A stretch of DNA of 64,000 nucleotides from an uncultured Planctomycetota bacterium. GTDB taxonomy: Bacteria > Planctomycetota > Planctomycetia > Isosphaerales > Isosphaeraceae. A program made the position numbers and the translations under genes. The stretch is taken from positions 896,001 through 960,000 of the forward strand of contig CAWGMQ010000008.1 in NCBI GenBank assembly GCA_963823665.1. The letters are read 5' to 3'. Each line of letters starts with the position of its first letter. Positions within the stretch are counted from its first letter, which is position 1. The notes under the pieces were generated by a model that was not told where the DNA came from, did no database searches, and worked only from the letters and a program-made list of their open reading frames with translations. Below are positions 1-9,856 of this stretch, in pieces.

Positions 1-636
1 CAGGAATCGGGAAACCTCGAGGCAGCCCTCGCGTCGCTCGAGCAGGCGCGGGCGATTCTGCAAAAGCTCGCCGACGCGAACCCCGCCGTCACTCAATTCG
101 AAGGCGACCTGGCGCAAGATCATCAGGTCATTGGCTCGATCCTGGATCAAACGGGGCATCCCTCCGAAGCCCTCGAATCGTATGAACGGGCTCGGGCTAT
201 ACTCGCCCGCCTTGTCGACCTCTATCCCACGCTCACCCTGTTTCAGAACAGGTTGGCCATGAGCCACTCGTACGTCGGCCTCGCAAGGCGGCGAGCCGGC
301 CGCCCCGCCGAGGCCGCAACCGAGTTCCACCGCGCCGTCGCCATCATGGAGCGTCTCGCAGGCCTCCAGCCCGATGGGTTCAACCTCTACAACCTCGCCT
401 GTTTCCGATCGCTGCTCTCTGGAATCGCCGCCCAGCCCGGCTCCGGGCTCACAAGTGACGACTCCCGCAGCTTGGCGGCACAGGCCGTCCTGACTCTGCG
501 CCGGGCCGTCGACGCCGGCTTTCGAAACGTCGGGTTCATGCAACGAGACACCGACCTCGACGCCCTCCGCGGACGTACCGACTTTCAACTGCTCTTGATG
601 GATGTCGCATTCCCCGAAAACCCGATTGCAAGATAA
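1..636 (+). CDS. C-terminal part of a TPR-repeat protein (probably a Ser/Thr kinase with TPR tail); 5' end outside window
   Basis: Frame 1 is open from base 1 (QESGNLEAALASLEQARAILQKLADANP...). It has TPR-like helical repeats and ends in YNLAC...LRRAVDAGF...DTDLDALRGRTDFQLL, typical of planctomycete kinase tails. Confidence 0.75.
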   Translation, partial: QESGNLEAALASLEQARAILQKLADANPAVTQFEGDLAQDHQVIGSILDQTGHPSEALESYERARAILARLVDLYPTLTLFQNRLAMSHSYVGLARRRAGRPAEAATEFHRAVAIMERLAGLQPDGFNLYNLACFRSLLSGIAAQPGSGLTSDDSRSLAAQAVLTLRRAVDAGFRNVGFMQRDTDLDALRGRTDFQLLLMDVAFPENPIAR

Positions 637-677
637 CCGGGCGATGCGCCAGGTCCAGACCGCGAATCCGGCTGACG

Positions 678-3600
678 TCATCGATCCCCCTGCGAAGGAA
701 GCGTCCTGGCGACCCGGAAACCGAAGAACGGCACACCCTCGACGCCATGCCCCATCGACCGCGCAGCCGACCGCACCGCCGCCAGCGAGCTGAAGTAAGC
801 GCCCCCGCGAAGCACGCGCTGGGGATGATCGTTGCCAGCAAGCCCTTGGTCTTCCACGGCCGGATCGGTCATCGTCGTTCCGTACCGCGCATAGCTGTCG
901 CTGCACCACTCAGACAGATTCCCGAGCATGTCGAAGAGCCCCAGATCATTCGGCTTCTTGAGCCCCACCGGATGCGAGTCACCGCTCGAGACCGGCAGCC
1001 ACCAGGCATACCACGCAACGTGGTCATCGAACCGGCCGAACGGGCGCCCGGTCGACGATCCGGCACGGCACGCAAACTCCCACTCCGCTTCGGTCGGCAG
1101 CCGATATCCGGGTCGTTCGAGATAGTCCGGATAAGGCCTCATGCCGTCTCGCACGAATGTTTCGACGGGCGGATAGCACATCTGCCGCTCGTCGCTCATC
1201 CCCTCCTGGGCCGTGAGCCACCGGCAATAGGCCACGCAGTCAACGTACGATCGGTTGTCAATTGGATGATCAAGCCCGTGCGGCGAATTGCTTGCCGGCG
1301 CGGCCGATGGCTCGAAGCGGCTGTACTGCCCGAATGTCGCCTCAAGGGTCGCTATCGAGTACGTTCGGACAATTCGCACCCGATGCAGTGTCTCATCGTG
1401 TCTGTCCGGATAGGTTTCGTGCGATCCCATCACGAACTCCACCGGCCCTCTCACCACCGCCATCGTGTGCCCGTTCCGGCCCACGTACCAGCGCCGACCA
1501 TCGACCGGCCCGTTCGACGCAAGGGCTGCATCCGCACGAGCAAGTTCATCTCGATCTCCCCAGCGCAAAAGCAGCCACCGCGCCGCCGAGTGGATGCCGG
1601 GATCCTGATCGTTCGCATACACCCTTCGCAGCCACGGCTTCACTCGGTCACGCTCCACCTGCGAAAGCCGGCTGAGCGGATATTCCCCCAGCACAAGCAA
1701 AAGTGCCAACCGGATCGACGGATCTTTCTCACTTTCCGCTCTGCGGACAATCGTCGACGCGGAAACGCCGGCCTCTGCCGCGCGGTTGATCATTTCGGTG
1801 CGCAGGCTGTCATCGTCGCTGTGCCCCAGTAGCGGCCAGACCGATTCCCCGTGCTCGAGCGCCAAGAGCGCGAGGGCGTAGTTCGAGATCCGTCGCAACG
1901 CGGCTCCTGTGGCCGGCGCTCGGGGCTTGGGCTCGGACTCAAGCGCCGATACCAACTTTGCTTCGAGTCCATCCGGCGCGCGTCCCGCAAGTCCACGCAG
2001 CTTCTCGATCAAGACCGCGTTCTGAGTCCCTTCGCCGGCCCCGAGCAGCTCGAGGAGCGGCGGAACTTGATCGACATAGCTTGCCAGCGCAAACGCCGCA
2101 GAATCGCGCTCGTCGTGTCGCTCCGATTCCTTGAAAGCACTCGACAGCGGACCGATCAGCTCGCCACGAATGCCACGCAGAAGTTCCAGCCAGTCGCCGA
2201 GCAAGAAGCGGTTCTCCGCTGCGATCAGCCACGAGGCGATATCGGCCGCTGCGTCTTTCAGTTGCGGGCTGTTGACGTCGTACGCCGCCAGGCCGCATGC
2301 GGCGCGGAGACGCCGGCCCCGCTCGGTGCCTGCGTCGCCGAGGACGTCGCGCAGGCGGGCCGAGACCACCGTGATCTGCCCGCGCAGCGAATCGCGGATG
2401 ACCGCGACTTGATAGGGCGGTGCAACCAGCATCCGCTCGACCAGCTCACCCGTTACACTCGGGTCGCCATCCACAGCCGCCAGTCCAAGGTTGAATCGCG
2501 CCAGCGAGCCCGCCGCTACCTGCTTGAGCCGGGCCGAGACCCGCCGCCCGGACTTCGGCTGGAGCTCCGCCAGCTCCCGCACGACCTGCGGCACACGCGC
2601 CGTCTCCCCGGTTTCCAGCGCTTCGATCAGCGCCTCGATCCGGCGGGCTCGACTCTGCTCGCGCTCCCAGACAACCGCCCCCGTCCCTCCGGCAGCCACC
2701 ATCAGGCACACAAGAACCAGCCCCGCCGCTGCCGGCCGGAGCCGCGCCCATTTCACCAGGCGTTCCAGCGGACCCGCCGGTCGAGCATGAATCGGCTTGC
2801 CTTCGATGTAGAGCGATAAATCCTTCGCCACGGCCAGAGCATCCGTGAACCGGTCGGCCGGCCTTTTTTCCAAACACTTCAGGCAGATTGTCTCCATGTC
2901 GCGCGCGACGGCTCGGTTCAGCTTGCGAGGCGGCACCGGCTCCTGGTCGATCACCTGCCGCATCGTTTCCACGGGATCTGCCGCGCGAAACGGTGGGCGG
3001 CCGGTCAATGCGTGGTAGAGCGTGGCGCCCAGACTGTAGACGTCACCCGCGGCCCCGACCGGCGACTCGCCGCCCGCCTGCTCCGGCGACATGTAGCACG
3101 GAGTGCCCAGCCGCTCACCCGAGGCCGTCAACCCCGTGTCGCTCGAGAGCCACTTCGCCAGACCAAAATCGGCGACGTATGGCCGGCCGGCCCCGTCCAC
3201 CAGGATGTTCGACGGCTTGATGTCGCGGTGAACGATTCCCGAGGCGTGCGCAGAGTGCACAGCGCGGGCAATCGGCTCGAAAATCCGAGCCGCGTGCTCG
3301 TTCGACAACGGACCTTCCTCGAGCATCTCGGCCAGGCTCGTCCCCTCGATCAGCCGCATGGAATAGTACGGGCGCCCCGCAGACTCGCCCACGTCGTAAA
3401 CGGTGACGATGTGATCATGTGCAAGCCGAGCTGCCGCCTGCGCCTCCACTCGGAACCGGCTGAAGATGGAATCCAGTCGGTCGGGCTCGCGGCAGTCGAT
3501 CAGCTCCGGCCGGATCATCTTGAGGGCGACGACTCGGTCCGCCGCCCGATGCCGTGCGCGAAAAACCACACCCATTCCCCCGTGCCCAAGCTCCTCGATG

Positions 3601-3983
3601 AGTTCGAAGTCCGCGATAACTTCTCCAGCGCGGATCGTCTGGCCCCGCGAGATTCTCGCGCGGCCTCGCCACTCACGCGTGCGGCTCGACCCGAAGGCCT
3701 CGGGCGCGGTCGAGGGTAAGCCGATCGCCGATTGAGCGTCTCCATCCTGGCGCGTCGCCTCAAGAAAGCCAGTCGCCGTTTCGTCCGGCTGTGCGGGCTC
3801 GGCCGGCTCGGTCTCGGGTAACAGACGGCTCACCGCTCCACCGGCTGGGGCCTCCGCGGTCGGCACAAGACCGGCGTCGCATACCGTTTCCGTCGACGTC
3901 GAACTGGGGGCGCCCGCACGATCAGATCGCGCCACGTCACACCATTCGCCGGTCGGCTCGGTCCCGGGGACCGAATCAGCCAT
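678..3983 (-). CDS. Ser/Thr protein kinase with TM segment and C-terminal FGE-sulfatase (SUMF1-like) domain
   Basis: Kinase motifs LGHGGMGVV, VALK, HRDIKPSN, DFGLAK, GTPCYMSPEQ; FGE motifs YRLPTEAEWEFACRAG, NDLGLFDMLGNLSEW, GFRVART. Start set at ATG 3983, which follows a GAGGAG RBS. Confidence 0.92.
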   Translation of the reverse strand: MADSVPGTEPTGEWCDVARSDRAGAPSSTSTETVCDAGLVPTAEAPAGGAVSRLLPETEPAEPAQPDETATGFLEATRQDGDAQSAIGLPSTAPEAFGSSRTREWRGRARISRGQTIRAGEVIADFELIEELGHGGMGVVFRARHRAADRVVALKMIRPELIDCREPDRLDSIFSRFRVEAQAAARLAHDHIVTVYDVGESAGRPYYSMRLIEGTSLAEMLEEGPLSNEHAARIFEPIARAVHSAHASGIVHRDIKPSNILVDGAGRPYVADFGLAKWLSSDTGLTASGERLGTPCYMSPEQAGGESPVGAAGDVYSLGATLYHALTGRPPFRAADPVETMRQVIDQEPVPPRKLNRAVARDMETICLKCLEKRPADRFTDALAVAKDLSLYIEGKPIHARPAGPLERLVKWARLRPAAAGLVLVCLMVAAGGTGAVVWEREQSRARRIEALIEALETGETARVPQVVRELAELQPKSGRRVSARLKQVAAGSLARFNLGLAAVDGDPSVTGELVERMLVAPPYQVAVIRDSLRGQITVVSARLRDVLGDAGTERGRRLRAACGLAAYDVNSPQLKDAAADIASWLIAAENRFLLGDWLELLRGIRGELIGPLSSAFKESERHDERDSAAFALASYVDQVPPLLELLGAGEGTQNAVLIEKLRGLAGRAPDGLEAKLVSALESEPKPRAPATGAALRRISNYALALLALEHGESVWPLLGHSDDDSLRTEMINRAAEAGVSASTIVRRAESEKDPSIRLALLLVLGEYPLSRLSQVERDRVKPWLRRVYANDQDPGIHSAARWLLLRWGDRDELARADAALASNGPVDGRRWYVGRNGHTMAVVRGPVEFVMGSHETYPDRHDETLHRVRIVRTYSIATLEATFGQYSRFEPSAAPASNSPHGLDHPIDNRSYVDCVAYCRWLTAQEGMSDERQMCYPPVETFVRDGMRPYPDYLERPGYRLPTEAEWEFACRAGSSTGRPFGRFDDHVAWYAWWLPVSSGDSHPVGLKKPNDLGLFDMLGNLSEWCSDSYARYGTTMTDPAVEDQGLAGNDHPQRVLRGGAYFSSLAAVRSAARSMGHGVEGVPFFGFRVARTLPSQGDR

Positions 3984-4051
3984 CTCAAGCTCCTCAAAGC
4001 ACCAAATCTTGATGTATGCCACCACCCGTGATGTCCGATTGAGCCCGTCCG

Positions 4052-5068
4052 TCAACGGCTCACGATCGCTCGAGCGGCCGCGACGATGCGGTCGCTATCA
4101 GGGCGATACGCGTTCTCGAGCACCGGCGTAAACGGCACCGGTACGTCCGCCGATGCGACCCGAACAACGGGCGCCAGCAAGCTCTCGCCGAACTGTTCCA
4201 TGATCCCCGCAGCAATCTCGGCGCTCGTGCCACCCGTCTTCGGGCCTTCCTCCACGATCACGACCCGTCCCGTCTTCCGCACCGATTCGCCGATCGTCTC
4301 GTAGTCAATCGGCGAAAGGCTGCGCACGTCGATCACCTCCGCATCGATCCCTCCCTCGGCAAGCTCAAGCGCGGCCTTCGTCGCGAAGTGAGCCATCAGC
4401 AGCCATGCCAGTATCGTCACTTCCTTGCCCGCTCTCCGCACCGCGGCTCGATCGAGCGGAACCGTGTAGTCACCCACAGGAATATCGCTCGTCGCGTCCA
4501 CAGCGCCGGGCTCCGTGCGTGCGCCCTTCGAGCCATACAGCAGCTTGTGCTCGAATATGAGCACCGGGTTATCATCGCGCACCGCGCTCTTGAGAACACC
4601 CTTGGCATCGTAAGCATTCGAGACGGCAACCACCTTGATGCCGGGCACTCCGGTGAAATAGCGCTCCATACTTTGGGCATGCTGAGATCCCCGCCCGGTC
4701 GCGCCGATCGGAGCGCGCATCACCATCGGCACCCGGATCGTCCCGCCCGACATGTACCGCATCTTGGCGGCGTTGTTCACGATTTGATCCATCGCCAGAA
4801 ACAGGAAATCGCCGTACTGCACATCAACGATCGGCCTCATGCCCATCATGGCCGCGCCCACGGCAGCGCCGAAAAAGCCGAGCTCCGCGATCGGTGTATT
4901 CAACATCCGGTCGGGGAACTCCTCTTCCAAGCCCAGCGTCACGGTGAACGCACCGCCCCAGCCGCCCGAAACGGCGATGTCCTCGCCCAGGCAAAACACA
5001 CTCGGATCCCGCCGCATTTCCTCGGCGATCCCTTCACGCAACGATTCGGCAATGCTAAGTCGTTTCAC
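4052..5068 (-). CDS. 2-oxoacid/acetoin dehydrogenase E1 beta subunit
   Basis: GEDI..GG.F.VT.GL, NTPIAELGF, QIVNNAAK.RYMSGG, QHAQS, EVIDVRSLSP motifs. Confidence 0.93.
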   Translation of the reverse strand: MKRLSIAESLREGIAEEMRRDPSVFCLGEDIAVSGGWGGAFTVTLGLEEEFPDRMLNTPIAELGFFGAAVGAAMMGMRPIVDVQYGDFLFLAMDQIVNNAAKMRYMSGGTIRVPMVMRAPIGATGRGSQHAQSMERYFTGVPGIKVVAVSNAYDAKGVLKSAVRDDNPVLIFEHKLLYGSKGARTEPGAVDATSDIPVGDYTVPLDRAAVRRAGKEVTILAWLLMAHFATKAALELAEGGIDAEVIDVRSLSPIDYETIGESVRKTGRVVIVEEGPKTGGTSAEIAAGIMEQFGESLLAPVVRVASADVPVPFTPVLENAYRPDSDRIVAAARAIVSR

Positions 5069-5110
5069 TTTTACGCGTGGACTTGAGTTCCACGCTCCTT
5101 ACCGAAGTCC

Positions 5111-5332
5111 TCAGCCACCGTTAAGTAGATCGCCCCAGGTCGTAATCTCCGGCCGCATGATCTTGTCGCCGAGTGCTTCGAGGCGGTCGAGGTCGACGAT
5201 GCCTTCCAGTATCTCGGTTGTCACGGAGTCGGGCTCGCCATACCTTTGAGTTCCCAGCCGGCGAATGATCCCGCGCGCCTCCTCCACTCGACCCTCGCGA
5301 AGGATCCTCTCATAGGTCGACGATTGATGCAT
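5111..5332 (-). CDS. Small orphan protein resembling the C-terminal tail of Rpn/YhgA-like proteins (DUF4351-like)
   Basis: MHQSSTYERILREGRVEEARGIIRRLGTQRYGEP...DLDRLEALGDKI...TWGDLL; preceded by GGAGTGAGGGCG-ATG. Confidence 0.65.
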   Translation of the reverse strand: MHQSSTYERILREGRVEEARGIIRRLGTQRYGEPDSVTTEILEGIVDLDRLEALGDKIMRPEITTWGDLLNGG

Positions 5333-5415
5333 CGCCCTCACTCCGCTCCTTGGTGGTGACATCAAATGGATTGAACATGAGAATCACTCCGCGGTCATGG
5401 CCGCCGAACGGGAGA

Positions 5416-6812
5416 TTACGCAAACACATCAGTAGTCAAGTCGTCCATCACCGGCATCGGTTGCTTACGTGCCTCTTCGACAGCCGCGCGAAACCGGGCT
5501 TGCGTCCGTCTCTGCACTTCGTCCAGGGCCGCTTGATCCGCCAGGCCGCGATCCTGTAGTAACTGACCCAGGCGCTCGATCGGATCCCGCGCGAACCACG
5601 CATCCTTCTCTTCCTTCGGTTGATAGTGGCAGCCGTCGCGCCGCGAGTGGCCCGTCCGGCGATAGGTCAAAAGCTCGAGCAGCACCGGCCCGCGCCCGCG
5701 CGACAGTCCGCGGCAGCCGCCCGGGTCGCCTCGTAAACCGCCAGCACGTCGTTGCCGTCAACCCGCGCGCCCGTGATGCCGTACGCAGCCGCCCGATCGG
5801 CGATCCGCTCGTTGCGCATCACCCGATCGACACGCGTCGACGCGCCGTAGAGATTGTTTTCACATACGAAAATCACCGGAAGGTCCCAGATCGCGGCGAG
5901 ATTCACCCCCTCGTGAAACGCCCCTTCGGCGATCGCCCCATCACCGAAGAAACACGCGACGATCGCGCGGCTCTTCTGCATTTTTAGCGCCAGCGCCATG
6001 CCCGCGGCCAGCGGCACTCCGCCTCCCACGATCGCAATCCCCGGAACCATTCCCTTGCTCATATTCCCCACGTGCATCGAGCCGCCCTTGCCGCGGCAAC
6101 AACCCGTGACGGCGCCAAACAGCTCGAAAAGCAGCTCTTCCGTTGAGAGCCCCTTGGCCAGAGCATGGCCGTGCCCGCGAAACGTCGAGGTGATGAAATC
6201 AGACGCTTCGAGCGCCGCACAAACGCCCACAGCAGTCGCCTCCTGCCCCTGGCACTGATGAATCGTGCCCGGCATCGCCCCTTCCAGGAACAGGAACTTG
6301 ACCCCATCCTCAAACTCGCGAATCAACACCATCCGCTCGTACAGCGACGTGAGAAACTCGGATTTGTAGGCAGACACGTTCGGCGTGGCGCCCGTCGCGG
6401 CTTCACCTTGACCGTCAGCCCGCGCCTGACGATTACGCTCGAACAGAGACGTGCGAGGCGAGCTCGTCCCCACAGACGACTTGTTCTCCGTGGCCGCCTG
6501 TTGACGCTGCGGTGCCACCGGCGTGGCGACTGGGGCCCGGTCTGCCCCAAGGCTCGGCGCCGCAGCGATTCGTTCATCCACAGTCAATCGCGCGATCACC
6601 TGTCCGGTCTCTACCTCTGATCCGTTCGGAGCCGTGATCTCACACAGCACGCCCAGCACGGGCGACTCCACCGGCAGGATGGCCTTATCGGTTTCCACTT
6701 CCAAGAGCGGCTCACCGCGCTTCACTTGCTCGCCCGGCTCTTTCAGCCAGCCAACGACCGTGACGGTCGCGTCCACGGTTGCCAGGTCGGGCATACGCAT
6801 CAAGAAATCCAT
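5416..6812 (-). CDS. Lipoyl-domain / dehydrogenase E1 alpha subunit fusion; one frameshift near 5690
   Basis: N-terminal lipoyl motif EVETDKA; TPP-binding GDGA...ENN. The C-terminal LLELLTYRRTGHS...DPIERL lies in another frame (ORF 5416-5685); one added base restores GAGPVLLE. Confidence 0.88.
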
Positions 6813-6886
6813 CGTCGAGCCCTGTCCCCTTCGCAAATCAGCCACGGGCGGCTGTCCTGCTTGAATCCCACTTGGTTGATCTCGGT

Positions 6887-7786
6887 TCATTCGGGTGTTG
6901 CTTTTCCGCGGCATCCCAGCAGGTCAATCCGCTCGAGGACGGCGCCGCGCACAGCCAGCCGCCCGGCCAGCAGCACATCCTCGCGCCCGCCCATCCCCAG
7001 CAGGCGATGCGGGTCTGGACAATCGTAACCGATCGCCTGGCGCACGGCGTGCAGGTATCGCTGTTTCAGGTAAGTACCGAAGTTGACTTTTGTCACGCCG
7101 AGCGAAATGGCCTCGCGCAACGCGCGGGGGCTGATGCCGGTGCCCCCGTGCAACACCAGCGGCACCGGAACTCGCTCGTGAATCCGCTCCAGCAGCGCCA
7201 GGTCCAGCCCCTGGTCTCCGCGCGTCTTGATGTGAACATTCCCCACACTCACCGCCAGTAGGTCCACGCCGGTGGCCGTCACGAACTGTGCGGCCGCCAT
7301 CGGATCGGTGGCTGAGCCCCCGTGCGCATCGCCCGAACCCGAGCCCGCCCCGCACGGAAGCTCGCCAACCTCGCCTTCCACCGCGACGTCTCGGGCATGT
7401 GCCACCCGCACAATCTCGGCAACGCGGCCGGTTAGCGCCTCCGATAGAGCCGCCGGATCGGCCAGCATCACCAGGTTGAATCCAAGATCGATTGCCGAGA
7501 GCACCCACTCGTCGCGCGGGCATTCGTTGAAGATCAAGCCGCACGGAACGCTCGACGTCTCCGCCGCGGCCTTGCCGATCGCGGCGTAGAGCGCGAGCCG
7601 TTCACCGGCCCGGCGGTCGCCACTCAAGAATGCGCCGTTGAACCCGAGGATCACCGGCGCGCGAGCTTCCTCCGCGGCGTCGACAACGCCCTGAAGCGAT
7701 TCCATGCTCCAGCTCTCGAAATAGCCGACGGCATACTTTTCCGCCGCCGCCCGCCTCATCATCGGCCCGATCGCTTGCAGGGGCAT
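6887..7786 (-). CDS. Class II fructose/tagatose-bisphosphate aldolase family protein
   Basis: YAVGYF, VAVEGEVG, TGVDLLAVSVGNVH, PLVLHGGTG, KVNFGT. Confidence 0.88.
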   Translation of the reverse strand: MPLQAIGPMMRRAAAEKYAVGYFESWSMESLQGVVDAAEEARAPVILGFNGAFLSGDRRAGERLALYAAIGKAAAETSSVPCGLIFNECPRDEWVLSAIDLGFNLVMLADPAALSEALTGRVAEIVRVAHARDVAVEGEVGELPCGAGSGSGDAHGGSATDPMAAAQFVTATGVDLLAVSVGNVHIKTRGDQGLDLALLERIHERVPVPLVLHGGTGISPRALREAISLGVTKVNFGTYLKQRYLHAVRQAIGYDCPDPHRLLGMGGREDVLLAGRLAVRGAVLERIDLLGCRGKATPE

Positions 7787-7815
7787 TCAGCGTCTCCAAA
7801 ACCGGCGGCCGCGTC

Positions 7816-8012
7816 TCATTTCGCCCTGGTGTCCTTCAGCTTTTCCGAAAACACCGCTCCCGTGGACCGTTCGGCGCGGGTCTCTGACCCCGCCGTCCCC
7901 TGGACCGTAGGTCTCCCGCCGGGCCGGCGCTGTCGCGACAATCCCGGAACGTCGCGGCCACCGGCGCGTCATTTCGCCGCGGTGTCCTTCAGCTTTTCCG
8001 AAAACACCGCTC
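7816..8012. repeat. 44-bp direct repeat of the msrA 3' end (7816-7859 and 7969-8012) flanking a REP-like palindrome
   Basis: tcatttcgcc(ct/gc)ggtgtccttcagcttttccgaaaacaccgctc occurs twice (42/44 identical). Between the copies is the hairpin cggcgcgggtc-tct-gaccccgccg followed by gaccgtaggtctcc. Confidence 0.85.
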
Positions 8013-8649
8013 TCAGCTTCTCCAGCTTCGGCTGGATGATGCCACGGCAATAGGGCGCATTCGCGTGCTGGTTGAAGTAATTCTGGTGGTAGGCCTCCGC
8101 CGGATAAAACACGGTGAACTTGGTGATTTCGGTGACGATCGGTGCCCCGAACAGGCCGGCCTTGTCAAGCTTCTGTTTGTAATGTTCCGCCAGTTGCTTC
8201 TGCTCATCCGTGTGATAAAAGATCGCCGAGCGATACTGCGGACCGTAGTCATTGCCCTGCTGATCCTTTGTGGTCGGATCGTGAGTCTTCCAGAAAACTT
8301 CCAGCAGCTCCTCGTACGAGATTTCCTTTGGGTCATACACGACCTGCAGCGCTTCGGCATGACCGGTCGTGCCGGTACAGACCTGCTCGTACGTGGGATT
8401 CTTGACCGAGCCCCCGCTGTACCCGGAGACAACCGATTGCACACCCTTCAACCGCTGAAAAACCGCCTCGGTGCACCAGAAGCAGCCGCCACCAAAGGTT
8501 GCCGTCGCCATCCCGGCCGGCGGCGCAGCAACAGGTTCAATCGTGACGGGTTGATCGGGTTTAGCCACGGGCTTACCTCCAACAAAAACAAAGGCGGACG
8601 CACCCAGCAGCAGTACGAGGAAACCTGCCGACAACATCGCATTGCGCAT
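7969..8649 (-). CDS. msrA: Peptide methionine-S-sulfoxide reductase with N-terminal signal/anchor
   Basis: GGGCFWCTE, TGHAEA, QGNDYGPQYRSAIF, AEAYHQNY; GAGGAGG RBS before ATG 8649. Confidence 0.95.
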   Translation of the reverse strand: MRNAMLSAGFLVLLLGASAFVFVGGKPVAKPDQPVTIEPVAAPPAGMATATFGGGCFWCTEAVFQRLKGVQSVVSGYSGGSVKNPTYEQVCTGTTGHAEALQVVYDPKEISYEELLEVFWKTHDPTTKDQQGNDYGPQYRSAIFYHTDEQKQLAEHYKQKLDKAGLFGAPIVTEITKFTVFYPAEAYHQNYFNQHANAPYCRGIIQPKLEKLRAVFSEKLKDTAAK

Positions 8650-8820
8650 GAAGACCTCCTCAAGATCGGTGCCAACCTTGATCAATAATGCCATGCCGCA
8701 ATGATTCGTGTCCATCGCCGCGCCGCACGGCTTTTTACACCGGTCTTTGAAAGTCGCCTTTCGCTCCGCGAAAGTGCGTCCCCCCGCCGCATTCCCGCGC
8801 GCACGCCTGGTTCGCCGCGT

Positions 8821-9010
8821 GCCGGCTACGATCATCGTTCCGTTGTCGAGTAACGTCTTTCTCGCCGCACGCCACCATTGGGTTCGTTCGCGAATTCCGG
8901 CCACGTTGTCAAGTCCCGCATCGTTCTCGCATCGTGATCGAATCTCCTCTCTCAAAACAAGTTATGCAGTTCCAGCCACCTGAGCGAATTGGGTTCGTTC
9001 GCCACTTTTT
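8821..9010. repeat. ~190-bp intergenic direct repeat, copy 1
   Basis: Shares blocks cacgccaccattggg, gttcgcgaattccggccacgttgtcaagtccc, gtgatcgaatctcctctctcaaaacaagttatgca and tgagcgaattgggttcgttcg with 10693-10880. Confidence 0.9.
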
Positions 9011-9856
9011 CGGCCTGGTTCAAAATCGACCGCGTTCGGGTAACAGAACCGACGATCTCCGTGCCGTGCAAAATCGCCGTGTCCACCTGCACGCTCCGGT
9101 CGGGCGCCCGTCACACGCATCGCACCTCCCAAATTGAGTGGACCTGAATGGGAGTAAATCAGCGTAGGTGAGAGTGCTCACCCCAAAAAAGGTCGCATTT
9201 TCATTGCGGTTGACAACCCCCCGCGTCAAGCCCGGTCATCACACCGTGAAGCAGCGAGGAAATCCCCAGGAATAAGCCCCGCCCTCTATGTTCAACCGTC
9301 CACCCTGACCGGCCACTTCGTTTTGTACATTCGTCGCGCGTCCTTACGCCACAAGGACTACGGAAACGCACTCGCTCGGTCGAGATGGCGAGCCATCACC
9401 CGAATTCGAAGCCGAAACCCCCGCCCGTTACCGCCCGGCCTTCGCCCAATCGCCAGGGTCCGGCCCGCGACCTGGCACAGACCCCGAATCCGGTTCGGCC
9501 GCCCTCCGCAAACGCAAATCCGCCCATGTCTTCGGTCGATCCACCAGCCTGTCGCCCCCTGGTGCGAAATGATACCAAAGTGATACCACGATGAAGGTCT
9601 CTTCCGATCCCCACGGTCCGTCTTCCGGCTCCCTTCGCTCCACGCTTCCTCCTCCGCCCTCCGCCGTCCGCCCTGCGTCCTCCGTCCTGATTCCGGCCCC
9701 GAATCGTCCCGGCGCGGCTCGCGAAGCGCTCCACCCCCCAAAGCCGGGTCCACCGTCCTGCGCAAGTGCAAATGCGAAAACGGCTTCGGTCGATCCGACA
9801 GACTCCTTTCCCCGGAGCAAAATGATAACTAATGATAGCAAAATCGGAAGATCCTC

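Noticed and set aside
8934..9137. ORF starting MIESPLSKQ, resembling the MIESPL(L/I)QEL Rpn tails
   Set aside because: The similarity covers only six residues and lies inside the non-coding 190-bp repeat; the rest does not align.
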